From Candidatus Rokubacteria bacterium RIFCSPLOWO2_02_FULL_72_37 (GTDB lineage Bacteria > Methylomirabilota > Methylomirabilia > Rokubacteriales > CSP1-6), in the NCBI GenBank assembly GCA_001790315.1, contig MGCE01000066.1, positions 1 to 43,999 on the forward strand: DNA of 43,999 bases. The letters run 5' to 3'. The notes under the pieces were generated by a model. The model had not been told where the DNA came from and did no database searches. It worked only from the letters and a program-made list of their open reading frames with translations. Positions 35,901 to 43,999 of this stretch are shown piece after piece. The number at the start of each line of letters is the position of its first letter. The first letter of the stretch is position 1. Made by a program: the position numbers and the translations under genes.

Positions 35901-36662
35901 ATGGATGCGTACCTGAGGCGCGCCACCATCTGGTATGGGGGGGTCGGTCTGCTCACGGGCCGCGTCGTGCGGAGCCTCGCGCTGCCGCCCAAGTACTTCC
36001 GCGTCGTCGTCCGCGAGATCGAAGTCATGGGCGTGCAGTCGCTCGGCGTCGCGCTGGTCGCCGCGGTCTTCACCGGCATGGTGTTCACGATCCAGAGCGC
36101 GGTCAACATGGCGCGCTTCGGCGCCGAGAGCTACGTCGGACCCGTGGCCGCGCTCGCGATCCTCCGGGAGCTGGGGCCCGTGCTCACCGCGATCCTCGTC
36201 GGCGGCAAGGTCGCATCCGGGATCACCGCCGAGCTCGGCTCGATGAAGGTCACCGAGCAGATCGACGCGCTCAGGACACTCGGCGTCAACTATGTCAAGC
36301 GGCTCGTGGTTCCACGCGTCATCGCCGCGCTCGTCGTGTTTCCGTTGCTCACCGTGCTGGCCGACGCGGTCGGCGTGCTCGGCGGCATGGTCATCATGTT
36401 CGCGGAGCGCGGGGCGGACATGTGGGCATACTGGAACACCACCACGTACTGGGTGGTCCCGAAGGATTTCCTGACGGGCGTCGGCAAGTCCGTCTTCTTC
36501 GGCGGCGTCGTCACGCTCATCGGCTGCTACAACGGCCTCAGCACCGAGGGGGGCACCGAGGGGCTCGGGCGCGCCACGACGGCGACGGTCGTCCACGTGA
36601 CCATGGGGGTCATCGTGTCGGACTTCTTCCTGACGAAGCTGTTCCTGACCCTGTTCTACTGA
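35901..36662 (+). CDS. mlaE: ABC transporter permease, MlaE family
   Basis: 253 aa, ATG preceded by GAGGAG. Motifs: VMGVQSLGVALVAAVFTGMVFTIQ, RELGPVLTAILVGGKVASGITAELGSMKVTEQIDAL. Confidence 0.88.
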   Translation: MDAYLRRATIWYGGVGLLTGRVVRSLALPPKYFRVVVREIEVMGVQSLGVALVAAVFTGMVFTIQSAVNMARFGAESYVGPVAALAILRELGPVLTAILVGGKVASGITAELGSMKVTEQIDALRTLGVNYVKRLVVPRVIAALVVFPLLTVLADAVGVLGGMVIMFAERGADMWAYWNTTTYWVVPKDFLTGVGKSVFFGGVVTLIGCYNGLSTEGGTEGLGRATTATVVHVTMGVIVSDFFLTKLFLTLFY

Positions 36663-36668
36663 CGCACG

Positions 36669-37436
36669 ATGGATCACGTCGTCGAGGTCGACGGGCTGTG
36701 GAAGAGCTTCGACTCGGTCGCGGTGCTCCGAGGTGTGTCGTTCGCGCTCAGGAAGGGCGAGACGCTGGTGATCATGGGGGGCAGCGGTTCGGGCAAGACC
36801 GTGATGCTGCGCCTCGTCGCCGGCCTCATCCGCCCCGACGCGGGGACGATCCGCGTCTTCGGGCGGAGCATCGAGCGCCTGTCGGAGGAGGAGTTACTTC
36901 CGGTCCGGCGCCGCATGGGCTATGTGTTCCAGGCGGCCGCGCTGTTCGACTCGCTCTCCGTCCGCGAGAACGTCGCGTATCCGCTGCGCGAGCACACGCG
37001 ACTCGACGCCCGGGAGATCGAGGCGCGCGTGGTGCGCAACCTGCGACTCGTCGGGCTCGGGCCCGAGGTGCTGCCGTTGCTGCCGGCCGAGCTCTCGGGC
37101 GGCATGAAGAAACGCGTCGGCATCGCGCGTGCGCTCTCGGTCGAGCCCGAGATCCTGCTCTTCGACGAGCCGACGGCCGGGCTCGATCCGACGAATTCGA
37201 AGCTCGTGGCGGGTCTCATCCAGGAGCTCCACGGGGGGGTGTGCGACACGGCGATCGTCGTCACCCACGATCTCGAGCTCGCAAAAACGGTCGCCGATCG
37301 CGTCGCGGTGCTGATCGACGGGCGGTTCGCCGCGCTGGGCCCGGTGGACGCGGTGCTGGCCTCTGACAACGCGGCGGTCCAGGCCTTCCTGGCCGGCGAC
37401 GCGAGCGAGCCGATGGCGAGGCGAGCCGATGAATGA
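36669..37436 (+). CDS. mlaF: ABC transporter ATP-binding protein, MlaF family
   Basis: 255 aa. Motifs: GGSGSGKT (Walker A), LSGGMKKRVGIARAL (signature), and ILLFDEPTAGLD (Walker B). Confidence 0.9.
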   Translation: MDHVVEVDGLWKSFDSVAVLRGVSFALRKGETLVIMGGSGSGKTVMLRLVAGLIRPDAGTIRVFGRSIERLSEEELLPVRRRMGYVFQAAALFDSLSVRENVAYPLREHTRLDAREIEARVVRNLRLVGLGPEVLPLLPAELSGGMKKRVGIARALSVEPEILLFDEPTAGLDPTNSKLVAGLIQELHGGVCDTAIVVTHDLELAKTVADRVAVLIDGRFAALGPVDAVLASDNAAVQAFLAGDASEPMARRADE

Positions 37437-38601
37437 TGAACGACGGGAAGTGGCGTTGAAGCTCCGGGTGGGCCTGTTCGTGCTCGTCGCGCTGGCGGTC
37501 TTCCTCGGCATGGTCTACGCGCTCGGCGCTCGCGCGCGGCTGTTCGAGGCGCGCTACACCCTCCACGCCGATTTCGTCGAGGTCGGGGGCCTGACCGAGG
37601 GAGCGACCGTGCGGCTCGCCGGCGTGCAGATCGGGCGCGTGAGCGGAGTGCACCTGCCCGGCGCCCCCGGCGGCAAGGTCCGCGTCGACCTCAACATCGC
37701 CAGACGGTTCGGGGACCGGATCCGCCGGGACTCGATCGCGCGGATCGAGACGCAGGGCCTGCTCGGCGACAAGATCGTCGAGATCAGCGTGGGAACGGCA
37801 GCGACGCCGGCGGCCTCGCCCGGGGAAGTGCTCGCGGCCCGCGGGCCGACGGACTTCGGACGGGTGATCAGCGAAGGGGCGGACACCGCGCGTGACGTCG
37901 CCGCGCTCGTGGTCGCGCTGCGCCAGACCGTCGAGGGCGTCAACCGCACGCAGCTCGTCGACAAGCTCGGTCGGGTCGTGGACCGGGTCGAGCGCGGGCC
38001 GGGCTGGGTGCACGCGCTCCTCTACGAAGAGCCCGTCGCGCTCCGTCGGCTCAACCAGCTCATCACGACGACGCAGGCGCTCCTCGAGCGGGTCGCGGAA
38101 GGGCAGGGTGCGGCCGGCGTGCTGATCTCGCCCGAAGGGACCGCGCCGGCGAAGCGCTTCGTTGCCGCGATGGATCGGCTCGGGCGGCTCGTGGACCGTC
38201 CGGGCCTCGAGGAGGGGCTCCTGCCGGCCCTGCTGTTCGATCCGAAGTACCGCGCGGCACTCGACGATCTTCGCACGGTCGCGCACAACCTCCGGGGCGT
38301 GTCCGACCGGCTGGCGGGCGGACGAGGCACGCTCGGCGCGCTGCTCGCCGACGGCGACGAGAACGTGGTGCGTACGGCGATGGAGGATCTGCGCGTCGCG
38401 GTCGCGAACCTCAGGGCGGTGAGCACACGGCTCGAGGCGGGCGAGGGCACGCTCGGCGCGCTGCTCGCCGACCCGACGATCTACGAGCGGCTCGTCGCGA
38501 TCCTCGAGGGCGCGCAGCGGAGCTTCCTGCTGCGCTCGCTCATCCGGGGGCTCGGGCGTGACCCGGGCGCGGAGGCCACCGGTGCCGCCCCGAAGCGCTA
38601 G
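37429..38601 (+). CDS. mlaD: MCE/MlaD-family substrate-binding protein with a long helical C-terminal extension
   Basis: 390 aa with an N-terminal TM anchor. MCE domain: YTLHADFVEVGGLTEGATVRLAGVQIGRVSGV...ARIETQGLLGDKIVEIS. The C-terminus carries the repeated motif G(R/E)GTLGALLAD. Confidence 0.85.
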   Translation: MNDERREVALKLRVGLFVLVALAVFLGMVYALGARARLFEARYTLHADFVEVGGLTEGATVRLAGVQIGRVSGVHLPGAPGGKVRVDLNIARRFGDRIRRDSIARIETQGLLGDKIVEISVGTAATPAASPGEVLAARGPTDFGRVISEGADTARDVAALVVALRQTVEGVNRTQLVDKLGRVVDRVERGPGWVHALLYEEPVALRRLNQLITTTQALLERVAEGQGAAGVLISPEGTAPAKRFVAAMDRLGRLVDRPGLEEGLLPALLFDPKYRAALDDLRTVAHNLRGVSDRLAGGRGTLGALLADGDENVVRTAMEDLRVAVANLRAVSTRLEAGEGTLGALLADPTIYERLVAILEGAQRSFLLRSLIRGLGRDPGAEATGAAPKR

Positions 38602-39961
38602 CGTCTACCGCTGCCAGCAGTGCGGGTTCGCCAGCCCGAAGGCGGGCACGTGTCCCGACTGCGCGCGCGCCGGTGCCGGCTACGTCCAGCTCGTCGAGGA
38701 GCGCCCGGCGCCCGCGCGCGGCCCGCGGCGCCCCGTCGCGACGCAGGACCGCCCGCGTCCGCTCAAGGATGTCGCGCTCGATCGCGGCGACCGCACTCCC
38801 ACCGGGATCGGCGAGCTCGACCGGGTCCTCGGCGGCGGCGTCGTGCGCGGCTCGCTGGTACTGATCGGCGGCGACCCGGGGATCGGCAAGAGCACGCTCC
38901 TGCTGCAGGTCGCCCGCGCGCTCGCCCGGGCCGCGCCGCCGGTGCTGTACGTCTCCGCGGAGGAGTCCGCCGCGCAGGTCAAGATGCGCGCCGACCGCCT
39001 CGGGATCGGAGGGGACGGGCTCCTGCTGTGGACGGAGACCGACCTCGCCGTGATCCAGGCGCAGCTCGACGACGTCAAGCCACGCGCGCTCATCGTCGAC
39101 TCGATCCAGACCGTCTACCTGCCCGACCTCGAGTCGGCGCCGGGCAGCGTCGCGCAGGTGCGCGAGTGCGGCGCCCGCCTCATGACGCTCGCCAAGGGCC
39201 TCGGCGTCGCCACGTTCCTCGCGGGCCACGTCACGAAGGAGGGCGCGCTCGCCGGCCCACGCGTGCTGGAGCACCTGGTCGACACGGTCCTCTACTTCGA
39301 GGGCGAGGGCCATCACGCCTATCGCGTGCTGCGGGCCGTGAAGAACCGGTTCGGCTCGACGAACGAGATCGGCGTGTTCGAGATGGGCGAGCACGGTCTC
39401 GTCGAGGTCGCGAACCCCTCCGGCTTCTTCCTCGCCGAGCGCCCGCTCGACGCCGCGGGCTCAGTGATCGTGTCGAGCCTCGAGGGCACGCGCCCGCTCC
39501 TGCTCGAGCTCCAGGTGCTCGTCGCGCGCGCCGCGTTCGGCACGCCGCGGCGGACGGTGCTCGGCGCCGACTACAACCGCGTCTGCCTGCTCCTCGCCGT
39601 GCTCGAGAAGCGTGCGGGCATGCCGCTCGCGAACCAGGACGTGTTCGTCAACGTCGCGGGCGGCGGGCGGGTCACGGAGCCCGCGGCGGACCTCGGGATC
39701 GTCGTCGCCGCCGCGTCGAGCTACACGGAGCGTCCGGTGCCGGACGACGTGCTCGTGCTCGGCGAGGTCGGGCTGACCGGCGAGGTCCGGGCCGTCGCCG
39801 GGCTCGAGCTGCGCCTGCGCGAGGCCGCGGCGCTCGGCTTCCGGCGGGCCGTGGTGCCGAAGAGCAGCATTCCCGAGCGCGGGGCGCTGCCGTTCGAGGT
39901 CCGCGGCGTGGCCACGGTCAACGACGCGCTCGACGCGCTCCTCGGGGGCGGGCATGACTAG
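38558..39961 (+). CDS. radA: DNA repair protein RadA/Sms
   Basis: Motifs: Zn finger YRCQQCGFASPKAGTCPDC, GGDPGIGKSTLLLQ (Walker A), and KNRFGSTNEIGVFEM. A Lon-protease-like C-terminal domain is present. The start is uncertain: GTG 38558 overlaps mlaD by 44 nt, and GTG 38582 is an alternative. Confidence 0.88.
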   Translation: MTRARRPPVPPRSASVYRCQQCGFASPKAGTCPDCARAGAGYVQLVEERPAPARGPRRPVATQDRPRPLKDVALDRGDRTPTGIGELDRVLGGGVVRGSLVLIGGDPGIGKSTLLLQVARALARAAPPVLYVSAEESAAQVKMRADRLGIGGDGLLLWTETDLAVIQAQLDDVKPRALIVDSIQTVYLPDLESAPGSVAQVRECGARLMTLAKGLGVATFLAGHVTKEGALAGPRVLEHLVDTVLYFEGEGHHAYRVLRAVKNRFGSTNEIGVFEMGEHGLVEVANPSGFFLAERPLDAAGSVIVSSLEGTRPLLLELQVLVARAAFGTPRRTVLGADYNRVCLLLAVLEKRAGMPLANQDVFVNVAGGGRVTEPAADLGIVVAAASSYTERPVPDDVLVLGEVGLTGEVRAVAGLELRLREAAALGFRRAVVPKSSIPERGALPFEVRGVATVNDALDALLGGGHD

Positions 39962-40634
39962 CCTGGCCGCCGTGATTCCTGCGGGGGGTGCCGGCGCCCG
40001 GCTCGGGGCCCGAATGCCGAAGCAGTTTCTCCGGATCGGCCGCACGCCGATCCTCGCCATGACCGTGCGCCACTTCACCCGCCACCCGAGCATGGCCGCC
40101 GTCGTGGTCGCCGCCCCCGCCGCACACCTCGCGCTCACGCGGCGCATCCTGGCCCGGACCGGCCGCGGCGCGCCGGCCACCGTCGTGGTGGGCGGGCCGA
40201 CACGGCAGGACTCGGTGTGGCTCGCGCTCCTGGCGCTGCCCGGGCCCGTCGACGTCGTCGTGGTCCACGACGGCGTGCGGCCGCTGATCACGCGGCGGCT
40301 CGTCGACGACGTGGTGCGGGCCGCCGTCGAGTCCGGCGCGGCGATCTGCGCGCTGCCGATCGCCGAGACGGTCAAGCGGGTGCGTGGCGGCTTCGTGGAG
40401 GCGACGCTGGACCGCTCGGAGCTCTGGGCCGTGCAGACGCCACAGGCGTTCCGCGCGGATCTGCTGCGCGAGGCGCACGAGAAGGCGCGGCGGGACGGCG
40501 TCGGCGGGACCGACGACGCGATGCTGGTCGAGCGCCTCGGTCACCCGGTGCGCGTCGTCGCGGGGCTTCCCGGCAACGTCAAGATCACGACGCCCGAGGA
40601 CCTGCGGCGCTTGCGGCGCGTGAGCCGGCGATGA
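39954..40634 (+). CDS. ispD: 2-C-methyl-D-erythritol 4-phosphate cytidylyltransferase
   Basis: 226 aa. Motifs: [31 protein letters not shown], and VQTPQAF. Confidence 0.9.
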   Translation: MTSLAAVIPAGGAGARLGARMPKQFLRIGRTPILAMTVRHFTRHPSMAAVVVAAPAAHLALTRRILARTGRGAPATVVVGGPTRQDSVWLALLALPGPVDVVVVHDGVRPLITRRLVDDVVRAAVESGAAICALPIAETVKRVRGGFVEATLDRSELWAVQTPQAFRADLLREAHEKARRDGVGGTDDAMLVERLGHPVRVVAGLPGNVKITTPEDLRRLRRVSRR

Positions 40635-41110
40635 CACGCGTCGGGTTCGGCTTCGACCTGCACCCGCTCGTGGCCGGTCGGCCGCTCGTGCTGGGCGGGG
40701 TGACGGTGCCGGGCGACCGCGGGCTCGGCGGCCACTCGGACGCCGACGTGCTGTCGCACGCCGTGGCCGAGGCGCTGCTCGGCGCGCTCGCGCTCGGCGA
40801 TCTCGGGCGGCACTTCCCGGACACCGACCCGCGCTGGCGCGGGATCTCGAGCCTTGTGCTGCTCCGGCACGTGCACGCGCTGGTTGGTGCGCGCGGCGGG
40901 ACGCTCGTCAACGTGGACGCCACCGTGCTCGCCCAGGCCCCGCGCCTGGCGCCGCAGCTCGGCGAGATGGCGGCCCGGCTCGCCGAGACGCTCGGGCTGC
41001 CGCTCCAGCGGGTGAGTGTCAAGGCCAAGAGCCCCGAGGGCCTGGGGCTGCTCGGGCGCGAGGAGGGGATCGCGGCGATGGCCGTGGTGGGTGTGGAGGT
41101 CGCGGGGTGA
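40631..41110 (+). CDS. ispF: 2-C-methyl-D-erythritol 2,4-cyclodiphosphate synthase
   Basis: 159 aa, ATGA overlap with ispD. Motifs: [22 protein letters not shown], and [15 protein letters not shown]. Confidence 0.92.
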   Translation: MTRVGFGFDLHPLVAGRPLVLGGVTVPGDRGLGGHSDADVLSHAVAEALLGALALGDLGRHFPDTDPRWRGISSLVLLRHVHALVGARGGTLVNVDATVLAQAPRLAPQLGEMAARLAETLGLPLQRVSVKAKSPEGLGLLGREEGIAAMAVVGVEVAG

Positions 41111-41138
41111 CCCGGCGAGGCCGGAGGGCGATCGGCGC

Positions 41139-42566
41139 GTGAAGATCTACAACACGCTGACCCGTACCAAGGAGGAGTTTGTTCCCCTCACGCCGGGCGA
41201 GGTGCGGATGTACGTCTGCGGCGTGACGGTCTACGACCTCTGCCACATCGGCCACGCGCGGAGCGCGATCGCCTTCGACGTGATCCGACGCTATCTGCAT
41301 TACAAGGGCTACCGGGTGACGTTCGTCAGGAACTTCACGGACGTGGACGACAAGATCATTAGGCGCGCCGCAGAGGAAGGGGTCGGAGCGCTCCAGATGT
41401 CTGACCGCTACATCCGGGAGTTCCGCGAGGATATGGCGGCCCTGGGCGTCTTGCCGGCGCACGTCGAGCCCAAGGCGACCGAGCACATTGCGGAGATGAT
41501 CGCGCTCATCGAGCGTCTCGTCGCCGGCGGGTTCGCCTACGCCGTCGACGGCGACGTCTATTTCGAGATCCGCCGCTTCCCGGCCTACGGCCGGCTCTCC
41601 AGGAAGAACCTCGAAGAGCTGCTCGCGGGCGCGCGCGTCGAGGTGGACGAGCGCAAGCGCGATCCGCGCGACTTCGCGCTGTGGAAGGCCGCCAAGCCCG
41701 GCGAGCCCGCGTGGCCGAGCCCCTGGGGCGCCGGGCGGCCGGGCTGGCACATCGAGTGCTCGGCGATGTCGATGCACTACCTCGGCGAGTCGTTCGACAT
41801 CCACGGCGGCGGCGAGGACCTGATCTTTCCCCACCACGAGTGCGAGATCGCCCAATCGGAGGCGGGCACCGGCAAGCCGTTCGTGCGCTACTGGATCCAC
41901 AACGGCTTCGTCAACCTGGGCGCCGAGAAGATGTCGAAGTCGCTCGGCAACGTCCTCGCGATCCGCGAGGTCGTCAAGCGCCACGCGCCGGACGCGCTGC
42001 GCCTCTGGATGCTCGGCACGCACTACCGCAACCCGATCGAGTGGTCGGAGGAGCGCGCACAGGAGGCCGCGCGCGCGCTCGAGCGGTTCCGCCCCCTGAT
42101 CGCCGACGCGGATCGGCTCGCGCCGGGAGTGATCGGCTCGCGCGACGCCGCGCTCGACGCTCCGTCCGACGCGACTGCGCTCCGGTCGCGCTTCGAAGCG
42201 GCGATGGACGATGATTTCAACACCGCGGAAGCTCTCGCCGCATTGTTCGATCTCGCGCGCGTGGTACACGCCTACCGCAATGCCGTCGCGCACGGCGATG
42301 ACTCGGCCCGCGCTGCCTTTCTCGGCGGGGCGAGCGAGCTCTTCGCGCTGTTGCGCGTGCTCGGGCTGTTCGAGGTCGCGACGACGCACCCGGTGCTCCT
42401 CCCGGAGCTGCGTGGCCACATCGAAAAGCTGGTTGCGGAGCGCGATGCGGCCAGAAAGAGCCGCGACTGGACACGCGCGGATCAGCTACGCACCCAACTC
42501 AAGGAGCTTGGCGTGACCGTCGAAGATACACCGAGCGGCAGTGTCTGGACATGGCGAGGCGTGTGA
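41139..42566 (+). CDS. cysS: Cysteine--tRNA ligase
   Basis: GTG at 41139, preceded by GGAGGG. Motifs: [29 protein letters not shown] (HIGH), GWHIECSAM, and EKMSKSLGN (KMSKS). The upstream part of track ORF 41016..42566 overlaps ispF and is rejected. Confidence 0.92.
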   Translation: MKIYNTLTRTKEEFVPLTPGEVRMYVCGVTVYDLCHIGHARSAIAFDVIRRYLHYKGYRVTFVRNFTDVDDKIIRRAAEEGVGALQMSDRYIREFREDMAALGVLPAHVEPKATEHIAEMIALIERLVAGGFAYAVDGDVYFEIRRFPAYGRLSRKNLEELLAGARVEVDERKRDPRDFALWKAAKPGEPAWPSPWGAGRPGWHIECSAMSMHYLGESFDIHGGGEDLIFPHHECEIAQSEAGTGKPFVRYWIHNGFVNLGAEKMSKSLGNVLAIREVVKRHAPDALRLWMLGTHYRNPIEWSEERAQEAARALERFRPLIADADRLAPGVIGSRDAALDAPSDATALRSRFEAAMDDDFNTAEALAALFDLARVVHAYRNAVAHGDDSARAAFLGGASELFALLRVLGLFEVATTHPVLLPELRGHIEKLVAERDAARKSRDWTRADQLRTQLKELGVTVEDTPSGSVWTWRGV

Positions 42567-43338
42567 CGGGAGCGCGCCCGTGGCGGTGACCGAGGGGCGC
42601 GTCTTCGGCCGGCATCCGGTGCTCGAGCTCCTCCGCGGCAGCGGGCGCCGCGCCGACGAGGTCGCGGTCCTCGCGGGCAGCCAGGGACCGCTCGCGGAGA
42701 TCGTGGCGCTCGCCCGGCGGGCCGGCGTCAAGGTCTCCTACCGGACGCGCGAGCAGCTGACGGCGATGGCGGGCTCGGACCGTCACCAGGGTGTGGTCGC
42801 GCGCGTCGCGGCGGCGGAGTATGTCGACCTCGCCGACCTCCGTCGGATCGCGGCGGTCAGCGGGCAGGCGCCCTTCCTCCTGGCCCTCGATCAGGTCCAG
42901 GACCCGAGGAACTTCGGGGCGCTCCTCAGGACGGCCGAGGCCTTCGGCGTCCACGGCGTGCTCGTCGGTAAGCATCACCAGGTGGGCCTCACCGAGGCGG
43001 CCGCCAGGACCGCCATGGGGGCGCTGCAGCACGTCGCGATCGCCCGCGAGACGAATCTCGTGAATGCGCTGGAAGACATAAAGAAATCAGGCATTTGGGT
43101 CTACGGTGCTACGCCGGGTCGGGGTGTCGAGCCGTGGAAGGCGGACCTGACCGGAGCAGTCTGTCTGGTCCTCGGCAGCGAAGGGGAGGGGCTCAGGCCC
43201 CTGGTCGCCAGAACGTGCGATGCCCTCCTGGCCATCCCGACAGTGGGTCACGTCGGGTCGCTGAACGTGGGCGCGGCGGGTGCGATCCTTTGCTACGAGG
43301 TGGTTCGTCAGCGCGCCGCGCGTGGCAAAAGTGCTTGA
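42541..43338 (+). CDS. rlmB: SpoU/TrmH-family RNA 2'-O-methyltransferase, RlmB-like
   Basis: Motifs: VFGRHPVLELL, SDRHQGVVARV, LALDQVQDPRNFGALLRTAEAFGVHGV, LVLGSEGEGL, and IPTVGHVGSLNVGAAGAILCYE. The start is uncertain: GTG 42541 overlaps cysS, and GTG 42580 is an alternative. Confidence 0.85.
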   Translation: MSGHGEACDGSAPVAVTEGRVFGRHPVLELLRGSGRRADEVAVLAGSQGPLAEIVALARRAGVKVSYRTREQLTAMAGSDRHQGVVARVAAAEYVDLADLRRIAAVSGQAPFLLALDQVQDPRNFGALLRTAEAFGVHGVLVGKHHQVGLTEAAARTAMGALQHVAIARETNLVNALEDIKKSGIWVYGATPGRGVEPWKADLTGAVCLVLGSEGEGLRPLVARTCDALLAIPTVGHVGSLNVGAAGAILCYEVVRQRAARGKSA

Positions 43339-43363
43339 CTGTGACCCGAGTCACGACTAGCAT
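43335..43363 (+). promoter_or_regulatory. Candidate promoter of the tRNA-tuf operon (TTGACT-17 nt-TAGCAT) with a palindrome in the spacer
   Basis: TTGACT at 43335..43340 overlaps the rlmB stop codon. A 17-nt spacer GTGACCCGAGTCACGAC follows, then TAGCAT at 43358..43363. The first tRNA starts 15 nt after the -10. Confidence 0.5.
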
Positions 43364-43377
43364 GAAGTTTTGTCTGT

Positions 43378-43452
43378 GCTGGCGTAGCTCAGTGGCAGAG
43401 CAACTGCCTTGTAAGCAGTGGGTCGGGGGTTCAAATCCTCCCGCCAGCGCCA
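43378..43452 (+). tRNA. thrU: tRNA-Thr (anticodon TGT)
   Basis: Hand-folded cloverleaf. Acceptor GCTGGCG/CGCCAGC, D arm GCTC-AGTGGCA-GAGC, anticodon arm ACTGC-CTTGTAA-GCAGT, T loop TTCAAAT. The CCA end is encoded. Confidence 0.9.
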
Positions 43453-43489
43453 GCTTTTCGAGGAGTTTCGATCGCATGCCGGCGGAATC

Positions 43490-43575
43490 GGGGAGGTACC
43501 CAAGTGGCCAAAGGGGGCAGACTGTAAATCTGCTGGCGTACGCCTTCGGGGGTTCAAATCCTCCCCTCCCCACCA
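43490..43575 (+). tRNA. tyrU: tRNA-Tyr (anticodon GTA), long variable arm
   Basis: Acceptor GGGGAGG/CCTCCCC, anticodon loop CTGTAAA, long variable arm (TGGCGTACGCCTTC), T loop TTCAAAT. The CCA end is encoded. Confidence 0.9.
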
Positions 43576-43651
43576 TTGTAACGAGGGCCGCGTGGCCGGC
43601 TCGAATCGTGGGTGGCCTGAGCCCGGCACGAGTCGTGAGGGTGCGCGTGGC
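43576..43651 (+). repeat. Repeat family copy A (76 nt), starting immediately after the tRNA-Tyr CCA
   Basis: TTGTAACGAGGGCCGCGTGGCCGGCTCGAATCGTGGGTGGCCTGAGCCCGGCACGAGTCGTGAGGGTGCGCGTGGC. It differs from copy B at 4 of 76 positions by hand alignment. Confidence 0.8.
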
Positions 43652-43662
43652 TCTGGCTACGG

Positions 43663-43737
43663 GCGGGAATAGCTCAGCGGTAGAGCGCCAGCCTTCCAAG
43701 CTGGGGGTCGCGGGTTCGAATCCCGTTTCCCGCTCCA
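43663..43737 (+). tRNA. glyT: tRNA-Gly (anticodon TCC)
   Basis: Acceptor GCGGGAA/TTCCCGC, D arm GCTC-AGCGGTA-GAGC, anticodon arm CCAGC-CTTCCAA-GCTGG, T loop TTCGAAT. The CCA end is encoded. Confidence 0.9.
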
Positions 43738-43813
43738 TTGTAACGAGCGCCGCGTGGCCGGCTCGAATCGTGGGTGGCCTGAGCCCGGCACGAGTTGGGA
43801 GGGCGCGCGTGGC
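43738..43813 (+). repeat. Repeat family copy B (76 nt), starting immediately after the tRNA-Gly CCA
   Basis: TTGTAACGAGCGCCGCGTGGCCGGCTCGAATCGTGGGTGGCCTGAGCCCGGCACGAGTTGGGAGGGCGCGCGTGGC. Confidence 0.8.
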
Positions 43814-43826
43814 CGAGTGTGCATAT

Positions 43827-43902
43827 GCCCATGTAGCTCAGACGGCAGAGCGCGTCCTTGGTAAGGACGAGGTCTCCGGTTCAATCCCGGACATGGGCTC
43901 CA
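43827..43902 (+). tRNA. thrT: tRNA-Thr (anticodon GGT)
   Basis: Acceptor GCCCATG/CATGGGC, D arm GCTC-AGACGGCA-GAGC, anticodon arm CGTCC-TTGGTAA-GGACG, T loop TTCAATC. The CCA end is encoded. Confidence 0.9.
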
Positions 43903-43952
43903 GTTCAGAAGGTCGGCGTCGGGTCGTGACCGCCAACGGGAGGACGTGAGGC

Positions 43953-43999
43953 ATGGCGAAGGCGAAGTACGAGCGGACGAAGCCGCACGTGAACGTCGG
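43953..43999 (+). CDS. tuf: Elongation factor Tu (first 15 codons; continues beyond the window)
   Basis: MAKAKYERTKPHVNV is the conserved EF-Tu N-terminus. GGGAGGA provides a Shine-Dalgarno at 43938..43944. The Thr-Tyr-Gly-Thr-tuf order matches the classical tufB operon arrangement. Confidence 0.9.
   Translation, partial: MAKAKYERTKPHVNV

Noticed and set aside
43576-43651. The repeat element as a degenerate tRNA or tRNA-derived SINE-like unit, because it contains GGCTCGAATCG (GGCTTCAACCG in hisH), which resembles a T-loop
   Set aside because: The flanking bases do not form a T stem (CCGGC against GTGGG). No acceptor, D or anticodon arms can be folded. The resemblance is limited to about 7 nt.
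43095-43949. A 284-aa plus-strand ORF and several minus-strand ORFs (43193..43738, 43357..43629, 43657..43884) spanning the tRNA cluster
   Set aside because: They run straight through four well-folded tRNA genes and the repeat copies. The repeated peptide strings (RFEPATR.SLQW) simply reflect translation of the repeated DNA.

Overview
This is a high-GC (about 70% by eye) bacterial chromosomal window. It is densely packed, and every gene after position 857 lies on the + strand. Only the first gene (1..770) is on the - strand.

Gene content is core housekeeping and central metabolism:
- an orphan nuoL-nuoM-nuoN module;
- a glycerol / glycerol-3-phosphate / glycerophosphodiester locus (family III CoA-transferase, HAD-IIA phosphatase, glpD, two tandem ugpB-ugpA-ugpE sets with no ATPase gene, a secreted glycerophosphodiesterase, glpK);
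- the membrane half of an F-type ATP synthase operon (atpZ-atpI-atpB-atpE), then rex;
- mfd, a SurA-like lipoprotein, rho and rpmE;
- a translationally coupled prfA-prmC-murA-hisGDBHAF(IE) array;
- an unrecognised lipoprotein, then mlaE-mlaF-mlaD;
- radA, ispD, ispF, cysS and rlmB;
- the classical tRNA-Thr/Tyr/Gly/Thr cluster leading into tuf.

I recognise no defence system, prophage, transposase, CRISPR array or secondary-metabolite cluster, so I consider this an ordinary core region.

The most unusual signal is a small repeat family with three copies. Two near-identical 76-nt copies sit directly after tRNA-Tyr and tRNA-Gly. A third, more diverged copy has a tandemly duplicated 30-nt head and sits in frame inside hisH. 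There it adds about 46 codons with atypical codon usage while leaving the glutaminase motifs intact.

Secondary observations:
- candidate leaderless or near-leaderless promoters for nuoL and atpZ;
- a shared TTGAC(A/T)-17-TAGCAT promoter architecture at nuoL and the tRNA operon;
- an ATP synthase c subunit with a signal-peptide-like extension and a partial Na+-binding signature;
- duplicated ugpBAE without ugpC.

Product calls rest on motif recognition in the supplied translations and on my own hand translation. No database search was possible.
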